Virus record (IMG/VR): IMGVR_UViG_3300016476_000468 | Location: 39,913 to 103,912 of that record | Length of the DNA stretch: 64,000 bases | Reading direction: 5' to 3' (one strand) | DNA from: a virus | Lineage: Duplodnaviria; Heunggongvirae; Uroviricota; Caudoviricetes | Part shown: in pieces, positions 1-7,457 of the stretch | Position numbering within the stretch: position 1 is the stretch's first letter | How the letters are laid out: every line of letters starts with the position of its first letter | Position numbers and translations under genes: made by a program | Notes under the pieces: generated by a model | Database searches by the model: none | The model's input: the letters and a program-made list of their open reading frames with translations, nothing else | What the model was told of the DNA's origin: nothing

Positions 1-2
1 GT

Positions 3-371
3 TCACATGGTCACAGTGGTTCGACTGCACCCTATGCACTACGTCTGTTCGATCGTCTTGCAAAGTTTGAGCCAATCGTCCCGCTAACTGGTGAAGACTG
101 GGAGTGGGTTGATCATGGGTACACTAAACAAAACAAGCGTTGTTCATCTGTTTTTAAAGATCCAGACGGTAGCGTGTACGATATCGATGGTCGAGTTTTT
201 TGGGAGTGGCAAGAATTTCAAGGTGAAGCTGTCAAGTCTTACTACACCAACAGTGAGTCTCGTGTACCTGTAACCTTTCCTTATACTAAACCTGAGAAAC
301 CAGAATACGTGTATCGATACTCAGATGCTGATCCACCTGCACCACCACAAACTGAAGCGGGACTGCTATGA
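3..371 (+). CDS. conserved phage hypothetical protein, 5'-truncated by window edge
   Basis: The frame of ORF 174..371 is open back to base 3 (SHGHSGSTAPYALRLFDRLAKFEPIVPLTGEDWEW...QNKRCSSVFK); its stop overlaps the next ATG. Confidence 0.75.
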   Translation, partial: SHGHSGSTAPYALRLFDRLAKFEPIVPLTGEDWEWVDHGYTKQNKRCSSVFKDPDGSVYDIDGRVFWEWQEFQGEAVKSYYTNSESRVPVTFPYTKPEKPEYVYRYSDADPPAPPQTEAGLL

Positions 372-709
372 AAACTATTATTGCAGGTGGTCGTGATTAC
401 CACAACTATGATACCTTACTAGAAGCGATTAAAGAAGCTGGTTGGGATATTACTAGTGTAGTTTCTGGTGGTGCTACTGGTGTAGATGCGCTAGGAGAGC
501 GATACTCTGAAGAGATGAACTTACCCTTACAGATTTATCGTGCAGACTGGGAGACGCATGGTCGTGCAGCTGGTCCAATCCGTAATCGTAAGATGGCAGA
601 GAATGCTAGTGCACTTATCGCAGTCTGGGACGGTGCTTCACGTGGTACAAAGAATATGATTGAAACAGCCCAAAAACGTGGGCTACTTGTTTACGTAAAA
701 AGAATATGA
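368..709 (+). CDS. SLOG-family protein (DUF2493/YspA-like)
   Basis: KTIIAGGRD, VVSGGATGVDALGE, ADWETHGRAAGPIRNRKMA and AVWDGASRGTKNMI motifs. Confidence 0.85.
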   Translation: MKTIIAGGRDYHNYDTLLEAIKEAGWDITSVVSGGATGVDALGERYSEEMNLPLQIYRADWETHGRAAGPIRNRKMAENASALIAVWDGASRGTKNMIETAQKRGLLVYVKRI

Positions 710-996
710 TAGACTATCATACAGCACTCCAAGAGATGCATAAGGGAAATGTAGTCCAGTATATTGGTACAGTAAATGGTCCAGTCTGGAATAGAGGAAA
801 TAAATTCTGTATGCAACGTGGTGTAATTTTTGTCTATAATCCACAGCGTATAGACTACAAAACCTGTGGACACATGGTCTATGATCCAGATTTTCGATAT
901 GAACTAACTGGAGAAACCGTAGAACCCAGAGGCTGGCCAGAGCATCCAAAACGAGAAGTAAAGGGTTATAGTAGAATAGGACTAGGTAACGTATGA
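706..996 (+). CDS. hypothetical protein
   Basis: ORF coupled by ATGA overlaps on both sides. Confidence 0.7.
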   Translation: MIDYHTALQEMHKGNVVQYIGTVNGPVWNRGNKFCMQRGVIFVYNPQRIDYKTCGHMVYDPDFRYELTGETVEPRGWPEHPKREVKGYSRIGLGNV

Positions 997-1178
997 TAGA
1001 TTTAAACAAACTTGCAGCCCAGTCTCTGGTCTATGTGGATACTGGTCTAGCAGACGGAAAAGAACTAATCTTTAGTAAGGAAAAGTTCGCCGAGTTGATT
1101 GTTCGGGAATGTGCCACTCTTGTATGGAACGATAAAGACCAAAAGCGTATCTTAGAACATTTCGGAGTTGAAGAATGA
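993..1178 (+). CDS. hypothetical protein (KFAELIVREC...HFGVEE family)
   Basis: ATGA-coupled; paralogous to the next gene. Confidence 0.7.
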   Translation: MIDLNKLAAQSLVYVDTGLADGKELIFSKEKFAELIVRECATLVWNDKDQKRILEHFGVEE

Positions 1179-1375
1179 ACGAACGAATTCGAGAACTTGC
1201 TGAACAGGCTGGTTATACACCACTACCAGGATTTGATTTTGCCAACGATTTACAAGAAGTATTTTTGAAAAAGTTCGCCGAGTTGATTGTTCGGGAATGT
1301 GCCAATGTTGCGGCAGACCACGATGCGTTGGACATTTACGAGGAAATCAGAGAACATTTCGGAGTTGAAGAATGA
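1081..1375 (+). repeat. two identical direct-repeat blocks shared by tandem paralogues
   Basis: 36 bp 1081-1116 = 1269-1304; 25 bp 1154-1178 = 1351-1375. Confidence 0.9.
1175..1375 (+). CDS. hypothetical protein (MNERIRELAEQAG...HFGVEE family)
   Basis: ATGA-coupled; paralogous to the previous gene. Confidence 0.75.
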   Translation: MNERIRELAEQAGYTPLPGFDFANDLQEVFLKKFAELIVRECANVAADHDALDIYEEIREHFGVEE

Positions 1376-1728
1376 TTCGTTTTCACCCCAGAGATATTGG
1401 AATGTGGCGTGGAGTATTTAACTTTCCACCAAAGATGCTACCACTCCCAGACTATAAGGAATTCGACTCTCCACAAGAATTCCTGGAATTTCTACTTGAA
1501 CATAAGGTAAAGGTCGACGACCCCGATAATAAACTAATGTTCGTAAAAAGAACAGCCAATACAGATTATGATTGTATTACTCTATATGAGTGTATTCAAT
1601 GGTCCAGTATAGGAAGAATCGAAGTATCCTCGGAATATATTATTGAACGTCTGAACAGAATGGTTACTGCTATGCCAGTGGAAGATAAGAAGCAACTAAT
1701 AAAAGACCTATTAGGAGTACAACATTGA
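1372..1728 (+). CDS. hypothetical protein
   Basis: ORF in the coupled gene string. Confidence 0.7.
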   Translation: MIRFHPRDIGMWRGVFNFPPKMLPLPDYKEFDSPQEFLEFLLEHKVKVDDPDNKLMFVKRTANTDYDCITLYECIQWSSIGRIEVSSEYIIERLNRMVTAMPVEDKKQLIKDLLGVQH

Positions 1729-1919
1729 AGACTATCAATAGTCCCTCTGGTCCATACATTACAGTAAAGGAACAAGAGAATACGTTCTCGATACAACTCC
1801 ATCGCTCGGGTAATGTGTCTGTAGTATTAGATAAGAAGGTAATTCCAGAGCTAATAGAGGAATTGAATCGTTATTTAGTTAGTGGTCGAGCAATGGTTAT
1901 GGGTAAGGACAAGGAATGA
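1725..1919 (+). CDS. hypothetical protein
   Basis: TTG start overlapping the previous TGA. Confidence 0.55.
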   Translation: MKTINSPSGPYITVKEQENTFSIQLHRSGNVSVVLDKKVIPELIEELNRYLVSGRAMVMGKDKE

Positions 1920-2188
1920 TCCACTACTACATCCTGTCTGCCGCACTAGAGATCGCAGGTTGCTACTACTGGTCCCGAGGTAACTATCTGATCTCTTTCT
2001 TATCACTAATAGGATTTGCGTGGACTCTGAGTCTACAACCGTATGAACCAGCCAGAGCCTATGTGATCTATGGAGGAATCTATATTCTATGTAGTACAGT
2101 ATTTGCTGCCCTAACAGGTGTAGTGCTAGAGGTTAGAGACTGGATAGGGATAGGGATGATGTTATTGGGCGTAGCGGTGCTTATTTAG
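1916..2188 (+). CDS. ynfA: YnfA/UPF0060-family small membrane protein
   Basis: ALEIAGCY, RAYVIYGGIYI and DWIG motifs with several hydrophobic segments. Confidence 0.75.
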   Translation: MIHYYILSAALEIAGCYYWSRGNYLISFLSLIGFAWTLSLQPYEPARAYVIYGGIYILCSTVFAALTGVVLEVRDWIGIGMMLLGVAVLI

Positions 2189-2242
2189 GTGTGGTGGAGG
2201 AGCTCGGCTAAATAAGGGAATCTGGTGGTATTTTAGTGTAAA

Positions 2243-2533
2243 ATGGCGTACAAAGAAAAAGAGTGTCCTAAGTGTGGCACCAAGCATAACAAACGTGGTC
2301 AATACTGTTCCCGCAGCTGTGGCAATGGTCGTGTATGGTCGCCAGAGATGCGTGAAGTCTTCCGTCAAAAGCAGAGTGAGTTCATTAATAGCGATGATGA
2401 TGTAGCCGAAGAAGCACGATGGCGTATCAATAACTACGACGAAGAAGAGCCACCAACCCCTGTCCGAGATATGTCCACCATCGAGTCCAATCAGTTTGTC
2501 CAAGATGGCGACCTGTGGACTAAGTGCGATTAG
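2243..2533 (+). CDS. zinc-ribbon-containing phage hypothetical protein
   Basis: CPKC...CSRSC; preceded by late-type CTAAATA at 2208-2214. Confidence 0.7.
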   Translation: MAYKEKECPKCGTKHNKRGQYCSRSCGNGRVWSPEMREVFRQKQSEFINSDDDVAEEARWRINNYDEEEPPTPVRDMSTIESNQFVQDGDLWTKCD

Positions 2534-2645
2534 TGCGATCCTATGTGCGAGACTATGTGCGCATCGTGTGTAAACCTGCATCCGATCCGTGTGCGTCGAG
2601 CCTAAATCGCTGTGTTCGTCAAGTGTGCAATATTGCAAAAAAGAC

Positions 2646-2674
2646 TTGACTACTGCTTGACTTTAGGGCATAAT
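2646..2674 (+). promoter_or_regulatory. sigma70-type promoter
   Basis: TTGACT-17-CATAAT. Confidence 0.6.
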
Positions 2675-2687
2675 AACGGAGTAATGG

Positions 2688-2843
2688 ATGATAAAGGTTA
2701 GAGTAACAGACGAGTTCCATACCGTATGGGTATTCGAATCCGAGTCGACCGATGAGGTAATGGCTGTAGTGGATGACTGGTTAAGGTCCAAGGAAATTAC
2801 GCCAATCTATGAAATTGTCATCGAAATTGATCCAGTAAACTAA
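2688..2843 (+). CDS. small hypothetical protein (51 aa, MIKVRVTDEFHTVWVFESES...)
   Basis: GGAG upstream, follows the promoter; below the ORF-track size cut-off. Confidence 0.55.
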   Translation: MIKVRVTDEFHTVWVFESESTDEVMAVVDDWLRSKEITPIYEIVIEIDPVN

Positions 2844-3022
2844 AGTAATACAAAATCCATTAAATCGAATACCAAAGTATTACAGGGGTTTCCCTCTAAG
2901 AAGAAAGTATTCGATTTTTACATTTGAGTAACACTTTCGTTTTCCATCTCAGAAAGTAGTACTTTTCACTCCGAGTAAGTACTTACTTCGCAGTCTATCT
3001 TCCGATTGTTTCTCTCAATCGG
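2842..3022. repeat. AT-rich cluster of AAAGTRNTAC-like motifs and palindromes
   Basis: Copies at 2842, 2874, 2904, 2928 (inverted) and 2953; 14-bp palindrome AGTAAGTACTTACT at 2974-2987; hairpin CCGATTG-N7-CAATCGG at 3002-3022. Confidence 0.7.
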
Positions 3023-3183
3023 TATCAATAACCCCATTGGAAATAAGTTATTGTCGCCGTTGCAAAAATGGAGTAGGATAGTGGGTAGGGCGGGAGGGAA
3101 TGACTTTCATTTTGCTTCCTGCAAAAACCAAACAGGTACTCTCGCCGTCCATCCCAGGTGTCGCCTTTCGAATCGATGCAACA

Positions 3184-3220
3184 ATTATACCCCAGTGGAG
3201 ACGGACGACAACAACTTTTT
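3184..3220 (-). promoter_or_regulatory. leftward sigma70-type promoter
   Basis: Minus strand reads AAAAAGTTG-TTGTCG-16-TATAAT, with the same upstream element as the rightward early promoters. Confidence 0.6.
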
Positions 3221-3226
3221 GGATGA

Positions 3227-3286
3227 CCCCACGGATTGGTAGGGAATGCAAAAAGTTGTTGACTCATTTGCAATTTGCGGTATAAT
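3227..3286 (+). promoter_or_regulatory. early promoter cassette (inverted repeat plus -35/-10)
   Basis: CCCCAC..GTAGGG, AAAAAGTTG, TTGACT (3259)-16-TATAAT (3281), TGCA in the spacer. Confidence 0.85.
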
Positions 3287-3313
3287 TTAGTCATAGTTTG
3301 AAAGGAGATCGAA

Positions 3314-3529
3314 ATGAAAGTTCAAGTTGACGGTGGAATGGTCGGTGTTGGTGATTTTGTTTGCTTCAAGAGCGACTATGAGCAATGCGGTAAAGTGGTG
3401 GCGATGAAGCCTTCACAGTGGGGTCAGGGTTACGATCTGGTGCTGGAAAATCCTAATGGCTTTGGTGGTGATTACCTGCGTTACGCTACCCGCACGGTGG
3501 AGCGAGCAGCTGACTGCTGGGTAGAATAA
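3314..3529 (+). CDS. early hypothetical protein
   Basis: AAAGGAG RBS, own promoter. Confidence 0.8.
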   Translation: MKVQVDGGMVGVGDFVCFKSDYEQCGKVVAMKPSQWGQGYDLVLENPNGFGGDYLRYATRTVERAADCWVE

Positions 3530-3589
3530 CCCCACTGAGTTGAGGGTCAATAAAAAGTTGTTGACTCAGTTGCAACTTTGAGCAATAAT
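3530..3589 (+). promoter_or_regulatory. early promoter cassette
   Basis: CCCCAC-N5-TGAGGG, TTGACT (3561)-17-AATAAT, TGCA in the spacer. Confidence 0.75.
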
Positions 3590-3614
3590 TCGTTATCGTT
3601 TGAAAGGAAACAAA

Positions 3615-3845
3615 ATGCTGATTACCCGTAAATTCCTCCGCTCTATCAATTTCCGTGTTATGACCGATTTTGACCGTCAAGGATTCGCTGGCGCTAATAG
3701 CCCAGTTGCGCTGCTCGGCGAAAACGACAAATACTTGGTGGTGGTTGACGGAAATTATTGTGAGGTTTATGAAGCCGAGCCGACGGGTGACGGCACTTTT
3801 GAGCCGATTGAAACCTGCGAAAACGTTTGCGAATTGCCCTACTAA
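3615..3845 (+). CDS. early hypothetical protein
   Basis: AAAGGA RBS places the start at ATG 3615 rather than TTG 3600. Confidence 0.8.
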   Translation: MLITRKFLRSINFRVMTDFDRQGFAGANSPVALLGENDKYLVVVDGNYCEVYEAEPTGDGTFEPIETCENVCELPY

Positions 3846-3897
3846 CCGTAGGGTTTTTCTAGAAAGTTGTTGACGGATCTGCAAATTGCGGTAGAAT
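3837..3897 (+). promoter_or_regulatory. early promoter cassette
   Basis: CCCTAC-N5-GTAGGG, TTGACG (3870)-16-TAGAAT, TGCA in the spacer. Confidence 0.85.
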
Positions 3898-3924
3898 TCT
3901 TCTATCGTTTGAAAGGAAACAAAA

Positions 3925-4191
3925 ATGCTGATGAAAAGTGACCGTGTCTCGAGCCAATTCCTGGTTGCCCTGAGTTATCTCGAGAAAGCCGAAGCAGCCT
4001 TGCACGCCGTCCGTGAACTTGAGTTGGCTGAGCACGATTCGGTTAGCGAGGAATTTTCAAAGCTAACGGATTTTATAGAGGATCTGCACTACGGCGTTTG
4101 CGCCCCGATGCAGATGGAGGAAGAAGAAACCCTCGAGAAAATTCAAAAAATGGAGGATGAGTTGTTCCAGCTGCGTGCGTCCCTGCGATAA
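3925..4191 (+). CDS. early hypothetical protein (coiled-coil)
   Basis: AAAGGA RBS; leader nearly identical to that of the 3615 gene. Confidence 0.8.
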   Translation: MLMKSDRVSSQFLVALSYLEKAEAALHAVRELELAEHDSVSEEFSKLTDFIEDLHYGVCAPMQMEEEETLEKIQKMEDELFQLRASLR

Positions 4192-4210
4192 CCATGCTGG
4201 CGCTGGGGGC

Positions 4211-4239
4211 TTGACGGATTTGCAAGATTGCTGTAGAAT
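4211..4239 (+). promoter_or_regulatory. early promoter
   Basis: TTGACG-17-TAGAAT, TGCA in the spacer. Confidence 0.8.
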
Positions 4240-4264
4240 TTGTCTTACTGAATCGGAGAACACT

Positions 4265-4996
4265 ATGAAACTGCTGAGCACTGCGAATCCCAAAGTCTTG
4301 AAGGGTCAATCCCAGGGTTACAATACCTTCATTCTCCACCTGTCTCCCGCCAATGTATCTGGTTATGAGACTTGCCCCAAGCGCACTGCTGGCTGCACTG
4401 CTGCCTGTCTGAACACTGCTGGTCACGGTGGTATGTTCAAGAAGGGTGAGACGACCAACATCGTCCAAGAGGCACGTAAGACTCGCACTCGCCTCTTCTT
4501 CGAGAATCGTGCTGCATTCTTCGAGCAGCTGGTGCGTGAGATTAAGAATGCAATCAAACTGTCTGCCAAGCAAGGGATGACTCCAGTCTTCCGTCTGAAT
4601 GGCACTAGCGACTTGGCTTGGGAGAAGTACGAAGTCGCAGATGGTAAAAACATCTTTCAACTGTTCCCTGAGGTACAATTCTATGACTACACTAAAATTC
4701 TTGGTCGCAAAGTTGCGCACATCCCTAACTATCACCTTACATTCTCCGCTGCTGATGGCAATGATGCGGATGTTCTGAAAGCCATCCAGCAGGGTATGAA
4801 TGTGGCGACTGTGTTCGGTCTGAAGAAGACTGAGCCGATGCCTGAGACTTACAATGGTCGAGTCGTGTTCAATGGAGACGAGAGTGACCTGCGATTCTTG
4901 GATCCCAAGGGTGTGGTCGTTGGCTTGTACGCTAAGGGTCGAGCCAAGAAGGATACGTCTGGATTCGTCAAGATGATTCCTATCCGAGCAGCCTAA
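4265..4996 (+). CDS. GP88-family protein
   Basis: GGAG RBS, start MKLLSTANPK; CPKRTAGCTAAC, FRLNGTSD and FYDYTK motifs. Confidence 0.7.
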   Translation: MKLLSTANPKVLKGQSQGYNTFILHLSPANVSGYETCPKRTAGCTAACLNTAGHGGMFKKGETTNIVQEARKTRTRLFFENRAAFFEQLVREIKNAIKLSAKQGMTPVFRLNGTSDLAWEKYEVADGKNIFQLFPEVQFYDYTKILGRKVAHIPNYHLTFSAADGNDADVLKAIQQGMNVATVFGLKKTEPMPETYNGRVVFNGDESDLRFLDPKGVVVGLYAKGRAKKDTSGFVKMIPIRAA

Positions 4997-5013
4997 AACG
5001 AAAGGATTACATT

Positions 5014-5075
5014 CCCCTACTGGGTGTAGGGGATTACAAGAAACCTGTTGACTTTCTTGCAATCTGGAGTAGAAT
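5014..5075 (+). promoter_or_regulatory. early promoter cassette
   Basis: CCCCTAC-N5-GTAGGGG, TTGACT (5048)-16-TAGAAT, TGCA in the spacer. Confidence 0.85.
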
Positions 5076-5111
5076 TCTCTCTATTGTGATTGAGATTGAT
5101 TGGAGATGAAT

Positions 5112-6014
5112 ATGACTCAAGTGACCGCTGTTTCTTTCGATGCCAAGTCTGGCAACTACTTCGCCAAAGTCGGTACTAAGACTATCAAGTCTTACAGCAA
5201 GGCTTACGTCGAACGCAAAGTGAAAGCCATGGTTGGCGACATCGAAGTGGCAGTGGCTGCTGCAACCGAAAAGCAGAATCGATTCTCTATCGATGAGCGA
5301 TTCTCCTTCGTCGAGAAACTGGTGACGATGGTCGCCACTGGTGTTCAGCCTTCTGCCGTGATCACTGGCAGTGGTGGTCTGGGCAAGACTTACACTGTGA
5401 CCAAGACTCTCGAGAACAATGGCTACAAGGACATCTCTGACCTTGCTGAATTCCAAGTTGGCTCTGTCATTAACACTCGCAAGTGTTTCACCACTGTCAA
5501 GGGTTTCTCGACTGCCAAGGGTTTGTATCGTACCCTGTTCGAGAACCAGAAGTCTGTGATTGTGTTCGACGACTGCGATGCAGTGCTCAAGGATCCCGTG
5601 GCTCTGAATCTGCTCAAGGGTGCTCTGGACAGCTACGGCAAGCGCATCATCTCTTGGAATGCCGATATGCGTGACGAAGATCTGCCTCGCTCTTTCAACT
5701 TCGAAGGTCGAGTCATCTTCATCTCGAATATGGACCAGTCGAAAATCGACCAAGCCATCCGCTCTCGTTCGATGTTGATCGACCTCGAGATGACCCTCGA
5801 CCAGAAGATTGACCGTATGGAAACCATCTCCAAGTCGGCTGAATTCCTGCCCGAGTACGATGCCAAGATCAAGGCTGATGCACTGGCGCTGATTCGTGAA
5901 GTCAAGAACGAATGCTCTGAGATCTCCCTGCGTACCCTGATCTCCGTAGCCAAGATTCGTGCCTCTAACCCGAAAGACTTCAAGGATCTGGCTACCTACA
6001 TCCTTACAAACTAA
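5112..6014 (+). CDS. AAA+/P-loop ATPase
   Basis: Walker A GSGGLGKT, Walker B IVFDDCD, FISN sensor; GGAG RBS before ATG 5112. Confidence 0.85.
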   Translation: MTQVTAVSFDAKSGNYFAKVGTKTIKSYSKAYVERKVKAMVGDIEVAVAAATEKQNRFSIDERFSFVEKLVTMVATGVQPSAVITGSGGLGKTYTVTKTLENNGYKDISDLAEFQVGSVINTRKCFTTVKGFSTAKGLYRTLFENQKSVIVFDDCDAVLKDPVALNLLKGALDSYGKRIISWNADMRDEDLPRSFNFEGRVIFISNMDQSKIDQAIRSRSMLIDLEMTLDQKIDRMETISKSAEFLPEYDAKIKADALALIREVKNECSEISLRTLISVAKIRASNPKDFKDLATYILTN

Positions 6015-6031
6015 AGTGTTACTTCGGGATG

Positions 6032-6093
6032 ACCCTACGTCCTGTAGGGTTATTCCAGATAGTTGTTGACATTCTTGCAGACTGATGTATAAT
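6032..6093 (+). promoter_or_regulatory. early promoter cassette
   Basis: ACCCTAC-N5-GTAGGGT, TTGACA (6066)-16-TATAAT, TGCA in the spacer. Confidence 0.9.
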
Positions 6094-6118
6094 AACTACA
6101 GTTGATTAGGAGAATGGA

Positions 6119-6322
6119 ATGAAAAAACTGTCTTATAGCCAGATCCGTGAAGTGCAAGATACCATCGAAAAGTCTGGTATGCAAGGTCATTATGTTCTGG
6201 GTGCTTACGAAGTGATGCTGGCAAACATCATCGCTGACCTGCCGAAACACAAGCAGATGGAAGCGATTCGCACTTTCGAATCTCTGGCTCTGCGTGTCAA
6301 GTCTATTGATTCTGGTTACTGA
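6119..6322 (+). CDS. early hypothetical protein
   Basis: AGGAG RBS. Confidence 0.75.
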   Translation: MKKLSYSQIREVQDTIEKSGMQGHYVLGAYEVMLANIIADLPKHKQMEAIRTFESLALRVKSIDSGY

Positions 6323-6335
6323 AATGGAGAATGCA

Positions 6336-6545
6336 ATGAACACCATCTACAAGAGCAAAGCAGAGCAACGTGTTGAAACCAGTGAGGCTATCCAGCAATT
6401 TTTGGCTAGGGGTGGTTCTATCGAGATCGTCCCTGCCAAGAAGATGCGTCGTCGTACCACACAGAAGATGGCTGGCAAGACCTCTCGTGGTTTCCAGTCT
6501 GGCACCTCTGGTTTCGCCACAGGTTATCCTAGAAAGACCCTTTAA
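6336..6545 (+). CDS. hypothetical protein (FLARGGSI motif, basic)
   Basis: GGAG RBS before ATG 6336. Confidence 0.75.
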   Translation: MNTIYKSKAEQRVETSEAIQQFLARGGSIEIVPAKKMRRRTTQKMAGKTSRGFQSGTSGFATGYPRKTL

Positions 6546-6598
6546 GGGGTGGGGTATCTACTCTACTCCCTTGCCTAGAGAGCAGAATAGAGTATAAT
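6544..6598 (+). promoter_or_regulatory. stem-loop plus promoter
   Basis: G-rich/C-rich hairpin, then TTGCCT-16-TATAAT. Confidence 0.6.
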
Positions 6599-6628
6599 AC
6601 GTCTACACACTGAAATGGAGATTATAGT

Positions 6629-6787
6629 ATGGTTGGTTCTATTCGTAGCTTTCTTGGCTTTATGCTTTGCTGGGGCGCAGTTGGTGGCTTGGATACTGGT
6701 TCTGCCATTCTACCTTGCTTGGCGATTGCGTTGGTTGGTCTTGGTTTGCTGTATAGTGGTGTATCTGTTATGAAGGAGAATGCATAA
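6629..6787 (+). CDS. small two-TM membrane protein (52 aa)
   Basis: MVGSIRSFLGFMLCWGAVGG...; GGAG RBS. Confidence 0.65.
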   Translation: MVGSIRSFLGFMLCWGAVGGLDTGSAILPCLAIALVGLGLLYSGVSVMKENA

Positions 6788-6942
6788 TGTTGCGAATGCT
6801 GATGATTGAGCGTATTCTCTACGCTGTAGACGATGAAACACTTATTTCAGAATACGGTGTTTTCGAGGATGAATTAGAAACAATGAATGACTTAGATCTT
6901 TTTGAATTATTTGAGGATGTAATGGGGATCTTGGCTGATTGA
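6787..6942 (+). CDS. small acidic hypothetical protein (51 aa)
   Basis: TAATG coupling to the previous gene. Confidence 0.55.
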   Translation: MLRMLMIERILYAVDDETLISEYGVFEDELETMNDLDLFELFEDVMGILAD

Positions 6943-7089
6943 GGAAGGGGGTATCCCTTTAATATGAAAATGTATTGAAGGGACTCCTACCGCTAGGACA
7001 AAAAGGCTATAAGCACCGAGACTCTATTTTTACAATTGTGGGACTCCTACACTAATACACAAGGGACTCCTCCCTAAGAAAGGCGATAT

Positions 7090-7296
7090 ATGACTGGTTT
7101 TATCTCTAAGCGTGCAATGGCAGATTCAAGGGACTCCTCCGTGGATACCGAGGATTATTTCTCATATCTCGATGATCTCCGAGACTCTGGCGTCACCAAT
7201 ATGTTTGGGGCTGCACCGTATCTACAGGAAGAATTCGGTCTAGACCGTAATGAGGCTAGGGATATTCTTCGTCAATGGATGGATTCATTTCACTAA
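7090..7296 (+). CDS. conserved phage hypothetical protein
   Basis: YLDDLRDSGVTNMFGAAPYL motif. Confidence 0.75.
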   Translation: MTGFISKRAMADSRDSSVDTEDYFSYLDDLRDSGVTNMFGAAPYLQEEFGLDRNEARDILRQWMDSFH

Positions 7297-7305
7297 GGGA
7301 CTCCT

Positions 7306-7443
7306 ATGGAAGACGAAGATTTGGTTGCTATCTCTAGAGAGCAATGGGACACTATACTATTGCGTGCTCAGGTAGAGTTGCTACAGCGAGTCAATAGGCT
7401 AGTAGAGTTGTTGGAAGCGGACTTGACTAAACCTGCAGATTAG
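7306..7443 (+). CDS. small hypothetical protein (45 aa)
   Basis: AAGGGA upstream; open frame MEDEDLVAISREQW... Confidence 0.45.
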   Translation: MEDEDLVAISREQWDTILLRAQVELLQRVNRLVELLEADLTKPAD

Positions 7444-7451
7444 GGTATAAT
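7423..7451 (+). promoter_or_regulatory. sigma70-type promoter, probably leaderless transcript
   Basis: TTGACT-17-TATAAT with ATG 6 nt after the -10. Confidence 0.75.
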
Positions 7452-7457
7452 AAAACT

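Noticed and set aside
2162-2638. 158-aa minus-strand ORF
   Set aside because: It overlaps the better-supported + strand gene 2243..2533 and has no RBS or motif.
3006-3294. Four overlapping 60-90 aa ORFs in the track
   Set aside because: They run across recognisable promoter elements; only the short 3' part of the minus-strand ORF is kept as a possibility.
4073-5753. Long minus-strand ORFs (329 aa and 239 aa)
   Set aside because: They are antisense shadows of the codon-biased GP88 and ATPase genes, with no RBS or promoter and no protein motifs.
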